A stretch of 64,000 bases of DNA from Euryarchaeota archaeon UBA86 (GTDB lineage: Archaea; Thermoplasmatota; Poseidoniia; Poseidoniales; Thalassarchaeaceae): NCBI GenBank assembly GCA_002503055.1, contig DAQX01000023.1:15297-79296 (forward strand), read 5' to 3'. Each line of letters begins with the position of its first letter. The first letter of the stretch is position 1. The position numbers and the translations under genes were made by a program. Positions 62,764-64,000 of this stretch are shown piece after piece. Below the pieces are notes generated by a model, which saw only the letters and a program-made list of their open reading frames with translations, was not told where the DNA came from and did no database searches.

Positions 62764-64000
62764 ATGGCAACAGGCTCGATGCTGCAGACCTCAGACCTCT
62801 CAGTCGATAGAGGAAGTAGAGCAGTACTCAAGGAGATTGATTTCAAACTCTCATCGGGCGAGATTGTTGCACTTGTCGGAGAAAACGGTTCAGGCAAGAC
62901 AACAATGCTCGAAGCGTGCGCCGGAATACTCCCTCTCTCAGGAGGATCAATCAGCAGACATAGTAAATCTGGAAAGATGCAAGTCGTCAGGGATCACGAA
63001 GGTAGAAGGAATCAGCCACCTCCTACAGGATTGACCCTACAGAGAGACGGAATTTGTGGGGAAGAAACAGTCGAAGAGAGACTTGAGGTCGCACTCAAGG
63101 TATCTGGAATGGAAATGTCCGAGCCAATTGCTTCGGATATTCTCAAAGAGTGGGGACTTGAGCATAGAAGGGCCGACAGGGTCGCCCAACTTTCTGGCGG
63201 TCAGAGCCGACGCCTAGCAGTTCTGTGCGGGCTGGCACCCGCAGCACTTAGTGCAGAGTCTAGGGTAGTGATGTTGGATGAACCTTCCGAAGGTTTAGAT
63301 CGAACAGGCAAAGAACTCCTAATTGGATGGTTGAGGGGTCTCAAACTAAACGGCCATTCAGTGATGGTCGCTACTCATGATCAATCGATTATCGACTGCA
63401 GTGATCGTATCATAGAAGTCAGAAATGGAAATCTGAACGAGTCAAATGGTGTCTCTGAAGGTACACCTTCTGATTTACCCGGTCCACTACCGTCTGTAGA
63501 GCCGAGTACTCATGGGGCACTAATTCGATGGGCAATTAAGATGGAGACTAGAAATCCCTTGGATACTACTGGAAGAGCAGCACCCGCTCTGGTAGCACTC
63601 CTATTGTCATACGCACTGATAGGTGAAATCGACATGACTCATGTTGGTAACGACCTAGTTGCAGCCCTAGTACTGGCTCCTGCATTCATCACTGCAGTCA
63701 TCTCCCCAGCACTCACTCGTCGTCTGGCTGAAGAGAGATGCGGGGCTTGGTGGAATGCAATGATTGGCCCCAGTGCAAGGCAGACCTATTCATTTGTAGG
63801 GGCCTCAATTATTCTACCACTCCCGATTACTTACCTTGCTTGGATAATCTTGGTCGACCCCTCGGAATTCACAAATCACTCGGAAGTTACCCGTTGGCTC
63901 TGGCTACCAGCGTTGATAATAATCGATGTAGCCGCTGCAGCTGCGGCTTTGCACCTACTTGTTGCAGATTTACGTAGAGCCTCGGCCGCAGCCGCCTCAT
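62764..64000 (+). CDS. ABC ATPase fused to a membrane domain (CcmA/CcmB-like), 3' truncated by window
   Basis: Not in the ORF track (no stop in window). From ATG 62764: LSVDRGSRAVL, GENGSGKTT, LSGGQ, LDEPSEGLD and ATHD, then in-frame hydrophobic helices. Confidence 0.8.
   Translation, partial: MATGSMLQTSDLSVDRGSRAVLKEIDFKLSSGEIVALVGENGSGKTTMLEACAGILPLSGGSISRHSKSGKMQVVRDHEGRRNQPPPTGLTLQRDGICGEETVEERLEVALKVSGMEMSEPIASDILKEWGLEHRRADRVAQLSGGQSRRLAVLCGLAPAALSAESRVVMLDEPSEGLDRTGKELLIGWLRGLKLNGHSVMVATHDQSIIDCSDRIIEVRNGNLNESNGVSEGTPSDLPGPLPSVEPSTHGALIRWAIKMETRNPLDTTGRAAPALVALLLSYALIGEIDMTHVGNDLVAALVLAPAFITAVISPALTRRLAEERCGAWWNAMIGPSARQTYSFVGASIILPLPITYLAWIILVDPSEFTNHSEVTRWLWLPALIIIDVAAAAAALHLLVADLRRASAAAAS

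Noticed and set aside
62726..63034. 102-aa ORF from the track
   Set aside because: Out-of-frame shadow of the ABC transporter gene starting at 62764.

Overview
Gene-dense archaeal chromosomal window. The genes look like marine Thermoplasmatota, most consistent with Marine Group II (Ca. Poseidoniales); this is inferred from the A1Ao ATP synthase, aIF2-gamma, S6e, L10e, Orc1/Cdc6, Dph2, bacterial-type gyrase, class II HMG-CoA reductase, SufCBD and large acidic membrane-anchored PKD/CARDB proteases. Contents in order: RPA operon end; a triple SAP-motif protein; a degenerate HemC-like protein; a prenyl synthase/reductase/UbiE trio; the full ATP synthase operon (H-I-K-E-C-F-A-B-D); a degenerate site-2 protease; panE; smc-scpA-scpB; hmgA; a phased ATTAACGC repeat array ahead of an unusual AAA+/acidic linker/winged-helix protein; translation genes; cdc6; aroA; tRNA-Ser(GCT); gyrBA; aroD; secreted proteases; glutaminyl cyclase; a tmk fusion; a membrane Smr protein; suf; nifU; maf; rhomboid; and a truncated ABC ATPase-permease fusion. 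I saw no mobile element, CRISPR array or rRNA. The best candidate for an undescribed system is the repeat array plus the AAA+-wH protein at 25.4-27.5 kb, lying between smc-scpAB and cdc6 where gene orientation flips. Product calls come from motif recognition by eye, not database searches.
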